Position numbers and translations under genes: made by a program | Part shown: positions 1-9,202 of the stretch, piece after piece | How positions within the stretch are numbered: the first letter of the stretch is position 1 | Layout of the letters: every line of letters begins with the position of its first letter | The notes under the pieces: generated by a model | What the model was told of the DNA's origin: nothing | Database searches by the model: none | Seen by the model: the letters and a program-made list of their open reading frames with translations, nothing else | Origin: Armatimonadota bacterium | Lineage (GTDB): Bacteria; Sysuimicrobiota; Sysuimicrobiia; Sysuimicrobiales; Kaftiobacteriaceae | Length of the DNA: 50,470 nt | NCBI GenBank assembly: GCA_037440005.1 | Contig: JBBIUY010000022.1 | Location: 1-50,470, forward strand | Direction: 5' to 3'

Positions 1-1
1 C

Positions 2-1045
2 GGCCGCCAGCGCGGCCGGGACGCCCCGGACCGCCGCCGTGCGCAGCGCCTGGCGCTGGAGGGCGCGGGCCCGCGCCTGCCGGGCGGACTCCGCCAGCGC
101 GGCCGCTGCCTCGACGTCCAGGCGCCGCAGGGCCACTGTGACCTGCGCCGCCGCCGCCACCACCTCCGCCCCCGCCGGCTCCAGCATCACGGCCGCCGGC
201 GAGCGGGCCAGCCCCACCTGGTACGCCAGCCGGGCGGCGGAGGCGTACGCCCGCACGTCTACGGGCTGTGCCGGCGTGGCCTGCACGCGGGCCTGCCAGG
301 CCGCCTCGGCCTCCTCTATGGACATCCCGAACGCGTCCCTGAACAGCTCGGGCAGGTCAAAGTAGCGGAACCCCACCGCGCGCGCGAACTGCGCGGTGGC
401 CCGAGCGCCAAACCGGTCGATCAGGTCGGCGACGAAGGAGACGGCCACCGGATAGCTCCACGGGAGAGCGTCGCCGAACGCCGCCGGCGACAGGATCGCG
501 CCCACCGACGGCAGCGCCTGGCCGGCGGCCCGCAGGGCGGCCACGTGCCTGTGGGGGTCCGTCCCCGCTTCCCGGTCGGCCATGGCGTCGGCCCACCCCC
601 ACCGCAGCAGGGGGACGGCCTGGGCCAGCGCCGCCCCCGCCAGGGAGCGGGCGAGGGGATAGGGCGACGGCACCCGCGAGTCTGCCGTGTACACCGTCCC
701 CCACCCGTGCACCCCGTCGTCGACCTGCAGGCTCGCAAACCGCCACCACTCCCTCTCGAACACCTCCACCGACGGGTACAGAGGGTACACCACCCGCCGC
801 GGCCGCCCCAGCGCGCCCACGAGGCGCGCCACCACCGGGTCCAGGGCCTGGATCACCGCGCCGGCGTCCCGGGCGCCCGCGGTCCCGTCCATCACGTACA
901 GCCACAGGTGCGCGCCCGCGACGGTCCGCCAGCCGGGGACCTCCGGCGCCGGCGGGCCCTGCCCCGCCGCGGTCGCAAGGGCCGCAAACCCGCCCACAAC
1001 AAAAAGAAGAGGAGGACACCCTCCCCTTCCCGCACAGCCCCTCAT
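2..1045 (-). CDS. Exported peptidase-MA/gluzincin-like protein, apparently lacking Zn ligands (partial, runs off window start)
   Basis: Not in the ORF track because it has no stop inside the window. My translation from ATG 1045 is open for 348 codons (MRGCAGRGGCPPLLFVVGGFAALATAAGQ...VPLLRWGWADAMA...SYPVAVSFVADLIDRFG...FRDAFGMSIEEAEAAW) with GC3-rich codons. It has a hydrophobic N-terminus and a C-terminal pattern typical of peptidase MA-like domains. Confidence 0.7.
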   Translation of the reverse strand, partial: MRGCAGRGGCPPLLFVVGGFAALATAAGQGPPAPEVPGWRTVAGAHLWLYVMDGTAGARDAGAVIQALDPVVARLVGALGRPRRVVYPLYPSVEVFEREWWRFASLQVDDGVHGWGTVYTADSRVPSPYPLARSLAGAALAQAVPLLRWGWADAMADREAGTDPHRHVAALRAAGQALPSVGAILSPAAFGDALPWSYPVAVSFVADLIDRFGARATAQFARAVGFRYFDLPELFRDAFGMSIEEAEAAWQARVQATPAQPVDVRAYASAARLAYQVGLARSPAAVMLEPAGAEVVAAAAQVTVALRRLDVEAAAALAESARQARARALQRQALRTAAVRGVPAALAA

Positions 1046-1062
1046 CCCGCTACCCGATCCCG

Positions 1063-1117
1063 CCCTCTTCCCTCTTCCTTCTTCCCTCTTCCTTCTTCCC
1101 TTTTCCCTTTTCCCTTT
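1063..1117. repeat. Pyrimidine/purine heptamer tandem repeat (CCCTCTT/CCTTCTT/CCCTTTT)n
   Basis: ccctcttccctcttccttcttccctcttccttcttcccttttcccttttccctt lies directly 3' of the rpmE stop. The 30 nt at 1063-1092 are identical to 47067-47096. Confidence 0.9.
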
Positions 1118-1321
1118 CTACACCTTCAACCCATACTTCTTCGCAAACTTCTGCACGCGGCCTTCGGCGTCCACGAACTTGCGCTGGCCCGTGAAGAATG
1201 GATGGCAGCGGGCACAGATCTCCACCCGGATCGCGGGCTTGGTGGACCCGGTCACAAAGGTGTTTCCGCAGGCGCACACCACCGTGGCCTGGTAGTACGG
1301 GGGGTGAATGCCCTTCTTCAT
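1118..1321 (-). CDS. rpmE: 50S ribosomal protein L31 (Zn-binding, C+ type)
   Basis: MKKGIHPPY...CACGNTF...[13 protein letters not shown]...GRVQKF, 67 aa. GAGGTG SD precedes ATG 1321. Confidence 0.97.
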   Translation of the reverse strand: MKKGIHPPYYQATVVCACGNTFVTGSTKPAIRVEICARCHPFFTGQRKFVDAEGRVQKFAKKYGLKV

Positions 1322-1392
1322 CGCCGACCACCTCGCGGGCGGGGCGCAGCCGACGGCCCGCACGCGCCGCCCTCGGCCCGCACGCGGGGGCG

Positions 1393-1421
1393 ATTGTACC
1401 ACGCCCGCAGGGGCGGGGCAA
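1393..1421 (-). promoter_or_regulatory. Sigma-70 promoter for rpmE
   Basis: Minus strand TTGCCC-17 nt-TACAAT with extended -10 (TGGTACAAT). Confidence 0.7.
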
Positions 1422-1445
1422 CCGCGCGGGCAGCCGATCCCGCCG

Positions 1446-2513
1446 TCAGAGGTACTTGAGAGGGTTGAGGGGCCGGCCGTTGACCCGGATCTCGAAGTGC
1501 AGGTGAGGGCCGGTGGAGTACCCCGTGGAGCCCACCCGGGCGATGAGCTGGCCGGCCTCCACCCGGTCGCCCACCCGCACCAGCAGGCGGCTGGCGTGGC
1601 CGTACAGGGTGGAGACGCCGTTGCCGTGGTCCAGGATCACGGTGCGGCCGTAGCCGTAGTACCATCCGGCGAAGATCACCCGCCCGGCCTTGGCCGCGTA
1701 GATGGGGGTGCCGTAGGGCGCCGCGATGTCGATGCCGTCGTGGTGGCGGCGCCAGCGCCACCCAAAGCGCGAGCGCAGCGTCCCGCGGGCCGGCCACTGA
1801 AACCCCCGGGCGATGCTCACGGCGCTGCCCGAGGGCGCGCCGCTCACCACCCGCCGGGGCACGTCCGCCGCCGCTCCCGGGATCACCAGCCGCTGGCCGG
1901 GGCGGACCAGGTTGCCGTTGGCGAGGCCGTTGGCCTCGACGATGGCGTCCACCGTCACGCCGTAGGTCTGGGCCAGGTCCCACAGGGTCTGGCCGGGCTC
2001 CACCACCACCGTCACCGACCGGCCCGCCCGGGGGCGGGAGGCGGGGCGAGGCGCGGGGCGGGGCGCCGGCGCGGCGGACACCCCGGGGACCACCAGCCGC
2101 TGGCCCACGTAGATGACGTCCTCGTCGCCGATCCCGTTGGCGGCGGCCAGAGCCTCCACCGCCACCCCGTGGGCGCGGGCGATCTCCCACAGGGTCTGCC
2201 CCTCGCGGACGACCACCACCGCCTGGCCCTCCAGGCTGGCGGCGGTGGCGATGGCACGGGAGGCCGCATCGGCCTCCGCCGCCGCCGGTTGCGGGCTCCG
2301 CTCCGACGGCAGGGGCGGCGTCAGGGTGAGGGCCGGCGCGATGGCCGACAGCTTCTGCAGGCCCTGGTTGCGGGCCGTGACGGTCGCCAGGAAGGGAAAG
2401 TCAGCCGGAGGGCTGGACCAGGGGAGGTTGACGTCCGAGACGCTGAATCCGGGCAGGAGCACAAAGCTGACCAGCAGCAGCCCGCCCCAGAATCGCCGCG
2501 CCGTCGCCCGCAT
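1446..2513 (-). CDS. LysM-repeat M23 family peptidoglycan metallopeptidase
   Basis: N-terminal signal/TM, two LysM repeats ([30 protein letters not shown]), M23 motifs HDGID and HLHFE. Confidence 0.93.
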   Translation of the reverse strand: MRATARRFWGGLLLVSFVLLPGFSVSDVNLPWSSPPADFPFLATVTARNQGLQKLSAIAPALTLTPPLPSERSPQPAAAEADAASRAIATAASLEGQAVVVVREGQTLWEIARAHGVAVEALAAANGIGDEDVIYVGQRLVVPGVSAAPAPRPAPRPASRPRAGRSVTVVVEPGQTLWDLAQTYGVTVDAIVEANGLANGNLVRPGQRLVIPGAAADVPRRVVSGAPSGSAVSIARGFQWPARGTLRSRFGWRWRRHHDGIDIAAPYGTPIYAAKAGRVIFAGWYYGYGRTVILDHGNGVSTLYGHASRLLVRVGDRVEAGQLIARVGSTGYSTGPHLHFEIRVNGRPLNPLKYL

Positions 2514-2616
2514 CGCTCACCCGTGCCCAGACCGCGCTGCCGAGGGAGTGTGTCAGAAGGCGGCACAGCCGCATCCTGCCCGACCCGCCTGTGCCGGTGT
2601 GCGTCTGTCCCTGGCA

Positions 2617-2643
2617 ATTCGCCCCGGAGCACTGAAATCCTGC
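2617..2643 (-). promoter_or_regulatory. SigH-like alternative-sigma promoter for the LysM/M23 gene
   Basis: Minus strand GCAGGATTT-cagtgctccggg-GCGAAT matches the Bacillus SigH-type AGGA...GAAT consensus. Confidence 0.55.
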
Positions 2644-2707
2644 CCGGCCGCGCGCGGCGCTAGACCCGCCCCACACCGAAGGGCGGAGCCGGATCCCGGC
2701 GGGCCGG

Positions 2708-3970
2708 CTACTGCAGGTCTTCCTCGGAGCTCTTGACGATGGACCGCAGGAATGCCTGGTTGGTGGGGGTCTTGCGCAGCCGGTCCAGGATCAGCTCGGT
2801 CATGGCCACCGTATCCAGCTGCTCCAGGCTCTTGCGCAGGACCCACACCTTGCGCAGTTCGTCTTCGGACAGCAGCAGCTCCTCCCGGCGGGTGCCGCTC
2901 ATCTTGATGTCGATGGCGGGGAAGGTGCGCCGCTCCTGCAGCTTGCGGTTCAGGTGCAGCTCCATGTTGCCGGTGCCCTTGAACTCCTCGTAGATCACGT
3001 CGTCCATGCGGCTGCCGGTGTCGATGAGCGCGGTGGCCACGATGGTCAGGCTGCCCCCCTCCTCGATCTTGCGGGCGGCCCCGAAGAACCGCTTGGGCCG
3101 GTGCAGCGCCGCCGGGTCCAATCCGCCGGACAGGGTGCGGCCCGAGGGTGGGATGACCAGGTTGTTGGCGCGGGCGAACCGGGTCAGGCTGTCCAGCAGG
3201 ATGACCACGTCCCGGCCGCCCTCCACCAGCCGCTTGGCCCGCTCCAGGACCAGGTCGGCCACCTGGATGTGCTCCTCGGGGGGCCGGTCGAAGGTGGAGG
3301 CCACCACCTCGGCCTCCACCGACCGCCGCATGTCGGTGACCTCCTCGGGCCGCTCGTCCAGCAGCAGCACCATCACGTAGATCTCGGGGTAGTTGGCCAC
3401 CACGGCCTGGCCGATCTTCTTCAGCAGGGTGGTCTTGCCGGCCTTGGGCGGGGAGACGATCATGGCCCGCTGGCCCTTGCCGATGGGCGCGAACAGGTCC
3501 ACCATGCGGGTGGTGATGTCCCCGTTGCTCTCCAGCTTGATCCGCTCGTAGGGGAACACCGGGGTGAGCTTCTCGAAGTCGGGGCGGGTGCGGGCCTGCT
3601 CGGGATCCAGCCCGTTGACCGCCTCCACCCGCAGCAGGGCGTAGTACTTCTCGTTGTCCTTGGGCGGCCGGACCTGCCCCAGGACCTCGTCGCCCACCCG
3701 CAGGCCGAACCGCTTGATCTGGGAGGGCGACACGTAGATGTCCTCGGGCCCCGGCAGGTACCCGCTGGTGCGCAGGAACCCGTAGCCCTCGGCCATGATC
3801 TCCAGGATGCCCGAGCGCAGCATCAACCCCGACTGCTCGGTCTGGGCCTGCAGGATGCGCATGATCAGCTCCTGTTTGCGGTACCGCCGGAAGTTGGCGA
3901 TGTTGAGCTCCCGGGCCATCTCCTGGAGCTCGTCGAGCGTCTTGGCTTCCAGCTCGGCGATGGCGGACAC
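2708..3970 (-). CDS. rho: Transcription termination factor Rho
   Basis: Rho N-terminal helix bundle, [15 protein letters not shown]-loop, [26 protein letters not shown]. 420 aa with no N-terminal insertion. Confidence 0.98.
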   Translation of the reverse strand: MSAIAELEAKTLDELQEMARELNIANFRRYRKQELIMRILQAQTEQSGLMLRSGILEIMAEGYGFLRTSGYLPGPEDIYVSPSQIKRFGLRVGDEVLGQVRPPKDNEKYYALLRVEAVNGLDPEQARTRPDFEKLTPVFPYERIKLESNGDITTRMVDLFAPIGKGQRAMIVSPPKAGKTTLLKKIGQAVVANYPEIYVMVLLLDERPEEVTDMRRSVEAEVVASTFDRPPEEHIQVADLVLERAKRLVEGGRDVVILLDSLTRFARANNLVIPPSGRTLSGGLDPAALHRPKRFFGAARKIEEGGSLTIVATALIDTGSRMDDVIYEEFKGTGNMELHLNRKLQERRTFPAIDIKMSGTRREELLLSEDELRKVWVLRKSLEQLDTVAMTELILDRLRKTPTNQAFLRSIVKSSEEDLQ

Positions 3971-4025
3971 TGCCGATGCACCTCCGCGTGCGTGTATACC
4001 CCTGCCGCCGCCGGCGGTAGACGGC

Positions 4026-4697
4026 CTACACCGGCGTGCGCCGCTGGGCGAGCGCCGCCTGCAGGGCGCGCCAGTCGGCCAGGAACCGCTCCTGGCCCGC
4101 GACGGTCAGGGGATGGGTGAACAGCTGCTCGGCCACCTTGAAGGGCACGGTGGCGATGTGGGCGCCGGCCAGGGCGGCCTGGGTCACGTGCAGGGGGTGG
4201 CGCAGGCTGGCCGCCAGGACCTGGGTGGCAAAGCCGTAGGTCCGGTACACCTGCACGATGTCCCGCACCACCTGCATGCCGTCGTGGCCCGCGTCGTCCA
4301 GGCGCCCCACGAAGGGGCTGACGAAGTAGGCGCCCGCCCTGGCGGCCAGCAGGGCTTGGTTCACCGAGAAGGTCAGGGTCACGTTCACCCGGATGCCCTC
4401 CCGGGTCAGGGCGGCGGCGGCCAACAGACCCTCGACGGTGGCCGGCACCTTCACCACCACCGACGGCGCCCAGGTGGCGTACTCGCGCCCCTGGGCGATC
4501 ATCTCCTCGGCCCGGTCGGTGGTGGTCTCCACCGAGATGGGCCCGTCGGTGACGGCGGCGATCTCCCGCACCACGGTCCGGTAGTCCTTGCCCTCCCGGG
4601 CCACCAGGGTGGGGTTGGTGGTCACCCCGTCCAGGATGCCCCACCGGTGCGCGGTGCGGATCTCCTCCAGGTTGGCGGTGTCCAGAAAGATCTTCAT
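4026..4697 (-). CDS. tal: Transaldolase / fructose-6-phosphate aldolase (small TalC/FSA family)
   Basis: True start ATG 4697 (MKIFLDTAN...GVTTNPTL...VVKVP...VNVTLTFS...SPFVGRLDD...AASLRHP) behind a GGAGG SD. The upstream extension in the ORF track is spurious. Confidence 0.92.
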   Translation of the reverse strand: MKIFLDTANLEEIRTAHRWGILDGVTTNPTLVAREGKDYRTVVREIAAVTDGPISVETTTDRAEEMIAQGREYATWAPSVVVKVPATVEGLLAAAALTREGIRVNVTLTFSVNQALLAARAGAYFVSPFVGRLDDAGHDGMQVVRDIVQVYRTYGFATQVLAASLRHPLHVTQAALAGAHIATVPFKVAEQLFTHPLTVAGQERFLADWRALQAALAQRRTPV

Positions 4698-4708
4698 GGC
4701 CTCCCCTC

Positions 4709-5983
4709 CTAGGGGCCGGCGGCCTCGATGTAGGCCACGTCGCCGGCGTCGCCGACTTTGAGGAACAGCAGCTGGTCGCCGGGCCGCAGGTCGGCCAGCT
4801 CGGCGGGGGCGTTGTTGCGGTACACGGCGTGGGCCCGCGCCACCCGGTAGGTCCGCTGGGCCCGGGCGGCGTCCTCGATGACCATCAGGGTGGGCGTGCC
4901 CACCCGGATGTCCTTGAGGGTGCCCCGGGAGAAGTCGTAGCGCTGGAGGGTGTCCATGAGCTTGTCCAGCGCCCACGCGGTCTCGGCCCGGGTGGCCGGC
5001 CGCAGGGGCTGGAAGGTGCCCTCGGGCCGCACCGGCACCACGGCGCGCTCGATGGCCACCGCCACCTCCCCCCGCAGGGCGTCCGGGATGTCCGCCGCGT
5101 CGGCCACCGCCGGGGGACGGGCGGGCGTCTCGCCCCACCCCAGCAGCCGCACCACCACCGCGGCCAGCTCGGCCCGGGTGAGGGCGGCCCGGGGACGGAA
5201 CGTGTTGTCGGGGTAGCCGGGCAGCACGCCCCGGTGGAGGACCAGGGACAGCGTCGTCGGGTCCCGCACCGTGGTCTGCACGGCCGTCAGCCGGTACCGG
5301 CCCGGAGGCACCGGCTCGTCGTTCTGGTCCAGCTGCTTCCAGCGGGTCACGTACTCGAACGAGCGGCCCGCCGCCAGGGTCACCGGGCCGCTGAGGGGCA
5401 AGAACGCCCGCCCCAACGACCACCGGGCCACCTCCGTCCCCCGGGCGTCGGTGACGATGAAGTCGTACAGCTGGGAGGTGGCGTACTCGAAGGTGACGTT
5501 CTCCCGTCCCGTGTTGGCGATGGTGAACCGCAGCTCGATGCTCTCGGTGGGGCCGTAGAGGGTCTTGTCGGTGGTGAAGGTGTACACCACCGCTCCCTTG
5601 CGCACCTCCACCCGGGCGGGCGAGACGGTCCCCAGGTTCGTGACCGCCGCCACCGCCGCCCGCGCCTCGGCGGGGATCTCGGCGGCGTCGGCGAACGCCG
5701 GCAGGGGCACGCCCTGCCCCGACAGCCCCAGCGCCCGCGCGATCAGCACGGCGAACTCCGCCCGGGACACCGTCCCCGCGGGGTTGAACTTGCCGTCGGG
5801 GGCGATGCGGAAGATCCCCCGGGCGGCCAGCCGCTCGATGGCCCGCTGGGCCGGCAGGCCCAGGATGTCGGTGAAGATCGCCCCCCAGGCCGCCGCAGGG
5901 GCCAGGGCCACCGCCAGGACCGCCGCCACCGCCGCCCGCAGTGCTGGATTCCGTCGCCTGATCGTCGGCATTGTCGACCTCAT
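4709..5983 (-). CDS. S-layer homology (SLH) protein with BsuPI-like (proteinase inhibitor, Ig-fold) domain
   Basis: Signal peptide (RRRNPALRAAVAAVLAVALAPAAAWG), three SLH motifs (FNPAGTVSRAEF; FRPRAALTRAEL; FQPLRPATRAET) and BsuPI-like FTIANTG...FEYATSQLYDFIV...VARWS...PGRYRLTA. Start is 5983 or 5971. Confidence 0.85.
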   Translation of the reverse strand: MRSTMPTIRRRNPALRAAVAAVLAVALAPAAAWGAIFTDILGLPAQRAIERLAARGIFRIAPDGKFNPAGTVSRAEFAVLIARALGLSGQGVPLPAFADAAEIPAEARAAVAAVTNLGTVSPARVEVRKGAVVYTFTTDKTLYGPTESIELRFTIANTGRENVTFEYATSQLYDFIVTDARGTEVARWSLGRAFLPLSGPVTLAAGRSFEYVTRWKQLDQNDEPVPPGRYRLTAVQTTVRDPTTLSLVLHRGVLPGYPDNTFRPRAALTRAELAAVVVRLLGWGETPARPPAVADAADIPDALRGEVAVAIERAVVPVRPEGTFQPLRPATRAETAWALDKLMDTLQRYDFSRGTLKDIRVGTPTLMVIEDAARAQRTYRVARAHAVYRNNAPAELADLRPGDQLLFLKVGDAGDVAYIEAAGP

Positions 5984-6132
5984 CGGCCATCCTCTGGGAA
6001 AAACGACCAACATCGCGCGCCGGCGGAGGATCACCGGCGTCCCGGATGCCGCAGGCTCACAGGCCGGGGCAGGCCGGCGGCGTGAACGCCATGAGACGAT
6101 CGGGGAGTCTGGTCCAGAACCGGAACAGCGGC

Positions 6133-6187
6133 TTCGCGACAGCCCGCCCGAATCCCTGCCGGGGCACCACCCTGCACCCGCATTATA
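6133..6187 (-). promoter_or_regulatory. Tandem promoters for SLH gene (sigma-70 -10 plus SigH-like)
   Basis: TATAAT at 6187-6182. GCAGG-18 nt-CGAA at 6159-6133. Confidence 0.5.
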
Positions 6188-6203
6188 CCCCATCGGGGCC
6201 CCC

Positions 6204-7940
6204 TCACATCCGCTCGGGCACCCGGATGCCCAGCAGCCCCAGGCCGGTCCGCATGACCGTGGCCACCCCCGCCACCAGCCGGGCGCGGCTGGCCCGCAGG
6301 GCCGGGTCGGGGGCCTGCAGGACGGGGACCTCGTGGTAGAAGGCGTGAAACGCCTGGGCCAGGCCGTACAGGTAGTTGGCCACCAGGTGGGGGGAGTAGG
6401 TGTGGGTGGCCTCCCACACCACCTCCGGGAACCGCCCCAGGCGGGTCAGCAGAGCCCACTCCCGGCCGCCCTCGGCGGCCCGGGGGTCAAACGGCCCCTC
6501 CCCCGCCTCGGGACCCCCCTTGCGCAGGATGCTGCGGGCCCGGACGTAGGTGTACTGCAGGTAGGGGGCGCTGTCGCCCTCCAGGGACAGCATCCGGTCC
6601 CAGTCGAAGGTGATGTTCTTCACCCGGTTCTGGGACAGGTCGGCGTACTTGAGGGCGCCGATGCCCACGATGCGCGCGACCGCCTCCCGCTCGGCCTCGG
6701 GCAGGTCGGGATTCTTCGCGTCCACCAGGGCGCGGGCGCGGGCGACGGCCTCCTGCAGCACGTCCTCCAGGAACACCACCCGGCCCCGGCGGGTGCTCAT
6801 CCGGCCCTCGGGCAGGGTGATGAGGCCGAAGTCTACGTGGGCGTAGGTGACCTGGGTGAACCCCAGCTTGCGCAGGGCCGCGAACAGCTGCTGGAAGTGC
6901 AGCCGCTGCTCGCTGCCCACCACGTAGATCAGCTGGACGGGATTCCACGTCCGGACGCGGTAGATGGCGGCGGCCAGGTCCCGGGTGATGTACAAGGTGG
7001 CACCGTCCCGCCGCCGGAGCAGCAGGGGGGTGGAGATGCCCGCGTCGTCCAGGCGGATGACCAGCGCGCCCTCGTCCTCCACCGCCACGCCGGCGCGCAC
7101 CGCCATCTCCACGACCTCGCCCGCCTTGTCGGCGTAGAAGCTCTCGCCCAGCACGTGGTCGAAGCGGACGTCCAGCAGGTCGTAGATGCGGCCGAAGGCG
7201 GCCAGGCTGTGGTCCACGAACTCCCGCCACAGGGCCCGGGCCTGGGGGTCTCCCTGCTCCAGGCGCAGGGACCACTCGCGCCCCCGCTCCTCCAGGGACG
7301 CGTCCCGCTCCGCCTCCTGCTCGAACTTCACGTACACCCGCAGCAGCTCCGCCAGGGGGTCGCGGCGGTACGCCTCCCGGTCCCCCCAGGTGAGGAAGGC
7401 GTACAGGAGCTTGCCGAACTGGGTCCCCCAGTCGGCGATGTGGTTCACCCCCACCGGGCGGTACCCGGCGAAGGCGAACAGGCGGTACAGGGCGTCCCCG
7501 ATGATGGTGGACCGCAGGTGGCCCACGGACATGGGTTTGGCCACGTTGGGCGACGAGTAGTCGATGACCACGTGGCGGCCGCCCCCGGCGTCGGTGCTCC
7601 CGTAGCGGTCCCCCATCCGCGCCAGCTCGTCCGCCACCCCCGCGGCGAACGCGGGACGGGCGAAGGTCACGTTGAGGTATCCGCCCTCGGCCCGGACCGC
7701 CTGCACCAGGGGGCCCGGCCGGACCGCCTCCGCCAGCCGGCGCGCCACCTCGGGGGGCGGCTGACGCAGCCGCGCCGCGAGCGGAAAGCAAGGGACCCCC
7801 AGGTCGGCCGCCACGCCGGAGGGGGGCAGGGCCGCCTGCAGGGCGACCTCCCCGGCCGCCCCGGGGGCGAGGCCCTCCAGGGCCTCCCGCACCGCGTCCA
7901 GGGTCTGCTGCTTGGCCGCCTGGTAGGTGTAGGTGGTCAC
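6204..7940 (-). CDS. argS: Arginine--tRNA ligase
   Basis: Start GTG 7940 overlaps the htrA stop (GTGA). SSPNVAKPMSVGHLRST (HIGH region), DWGTQFG, MSTRRG (KMSKS-like), GDSAPYLQY, C-terminal ...ERM. Confidence 0.96.
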   Translation of the reverse strand: MTTYTYQAAKQQTLDAVREALEGLAPGAAGEVALQAALPPSGVAADLGVPCFPLAARLRQPPPEVARRLAEAVRPGPLVQAVRAEGGYLNVTFARPAFAAGVADELARMGDRYGSTDAGGGRHVVIDYSSPNVAKPMSVGHLRSTIIGDALYRLFAFAGYRPVGVNHIADWGTQFGKLLYAFLTWGDREAYRRDPLAELLRVYVKFEQEAERDASLEERGREWSLRLEQGDPQARALWREFVDHSLAAFGRIYDLLDVRFDHVLGESFYADKAGEVVEMAVRAGVAVEDEGALVIRLDDAGISTPLLLRRRDGATLYITRDLAAAIYRVRTWNPVQLIYVVGSEQRLHFQQLFAALRKLGFTQVTYAHVDFGLITLPEGRMSTRRGRVVFLEDVLQEAVARARALVDAKNPDLPEAEREAVARIVGIGALKYADLSQNRVKNITFDWDRMLSLEGDSAPYLQYTYVRARSILRKGGPEAGEGPFDPRAAEGGREWALLTRLGRFPEVVWEATHTYSPHLVANYLYGLAQAFHAFYHEVPVLQAPDPALRASRARLVAGVATVMRTGLGLLGIRVPERM

Positions 7941-9055
7941 TGCCTCTGGGCCAGGGTCACCTCGACGGTGCGGCGGGAGGAGTCCCGGACGATCTCCAGG
8001 CGGACCCGGTCCCCCGGCCGGCGGGCGAACAGCTCCCGGATGAAGTCGTTCCAGTTGGCCACCCGCTTCCCGTCCACCGCCACGATGATGTCCCCCGGCC
8101 GGATGCCGGCCGCCGCCGCCGGGCCCTGGGGGTCCACGTCCCGCACGATCACCCCGTGGTCCACCGGCAGGTTGTACTGGCGGGCGATGCTGCGGTCCAC
8201 GTCTCCGCCCCACACCACCCCCACGTAGGGGCGGACGACCCGCCCGCTGCGGATGAGCTGGTCCATGATGGCCCGGGCGGCGTCGATGGGGATGGCGAAC
8301 CCGATGCCCTGGGCCTGGGGCACGATGGCGGTGTTGATGCCGATGACGGCGCCGCCGCTGTCCACCAGCGCCCCGCCGCTGTTGCCGGGGTTGATGGCGG
8401 CGTCGGTCTGGATGAGGTTCTCGATGATCAGGCCCGGCACCTGGATGCTGCGGTTGAGGGCGGAGATGACGCCCACGGTGACCGTGTGGCCCAGCCCGAA
8501 GGGGTTGCCGATGGCGATGGCCAGCTGGCCCACCCGCAGGGTGCTGGAGTTGCCCAGCTGCGCCGCCGGCAGGCGCTCGGAGGTGGTCACCTTCAGCACG
8601 GCCAGGTCGCTGAACCGGTCGGTGCCCACCACCCGCGCCGCGAGGGTGCGGCCCGACAGCAGGGTGACCCGGATCTGCTGGGCGCCCTCCACCACGTGGT
8701 TGTTGGTCAGGATGTAGCCGTCCTCGCTGACGATCACGCCGGACCCGGCGCCCTCCTGGGGGAACACGCCGAAGAAGGTCTGCACCTGGGCCACGGTGTC
8801 GATGTTGACCACCGCCGGCCGCACCCGCTCCACCACCCGGATGATGGCCGACTCCTCCGCCAGCAGGCCCGGGCCGCCGGCGGCGGGCGGAGCCGGCGCC
8901 TGGGCGACCGGAGGAGAGGACACCGGGGCCGGCGGCGCGGGAGCCACGGCGCCGCCCACGTAGCGGGGCAGGACCGCCGAGCCCAGGCCGCCCCCCACCA
9001 CGGCGGCCGCCAGCAGCACCACCAGCAGGCTTCCCGGCGTTGCGGACAGTTTCAT
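7937..9055 (-). CDS. htrA: HtrA/DegP-family serine protease with one PDZ domain
   Basis: N-terminal TM, catalytic TNNHVV / DLAVLK / GNSGG, QTDAAIN, C-terminal PDZ. Confidence 0.93.
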   Translation of the reverse strand: MKLSATPGSLLVVLLAAAVVGGGLGSAVLPRYVGGAVAPAPPAPVSSPPVAQAPAPPAAGGPGLLAEESAIIRVVERVRPAVVNIDTVAQVQTFFGVFPQEGAGSGVIVSEDGYILTNNHVVEGAQQIRVTLLSGRTLAARVVGTDRFSDLAVLKVTTSERLPAAQLGNSSTLRVGQLAIAIGNPFGLGHTVTVGVISALNRSIQVPGLIIENLIQTDAAINPGNSGGALVDSGGAVIGINTAIVPQAQGIGFAIPIDAARAIMDQLIRSGRVVRPYVGVVWGGDVDRSIARQYNLPVDHGVIVRDVDPQGPAAAAGIRPGDIIVAVDGKRVANWNDFIRELFARRPGDRVRLEIVRDSSRRTVEVTLAQRQ

Positions 9056-9083
9056 CGGTCACCCCTCCCGCACGGACGTCCCC

Positions 9084-9173
9084 ATTATAACAACGAGACA
9101 CGCGGCGCGACCGACGACGCCGCGGGCCCGTCGCGGCGGCGGTTTGCGGGGCGGTGGGAGCGTGGGCTATAAT
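9084..9173. promoter_or_regulatory. Divergent sigma-70 promoters (htrA-argS / accDABC)
   Basis: Minus strand TGTTATAAT (9092-9084, extended -10). Plus strand TATAAT 9168-9173 with TTGCGG 18 nt upstream. Confidence 0.7.
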
Positions 9174-9202
9174 CAAGACACCTTCCGTCACCGTCGCGCA
9201 CC

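Noticed and set aside
2514..2707. c-di-AMP or c-di-GMP riboswitch ahead of the LysM/M23 gene
   Set aside because: No recognisable ydaO or GEMM consensus. Only a generic hairpin and a promoter motif are visible.
6204..9191. Apparent giant or fused proteins in the ORF track (995-aa ArgS, 726-aa AccC, 654-aa Tal, 961-aa GlcD, 929-aa TPSP)
   Set aside because: The N-terminal extensions are out-of-frame read-through of the neighbouring genes. Real starts have SD sequences or stop-start overlaps.
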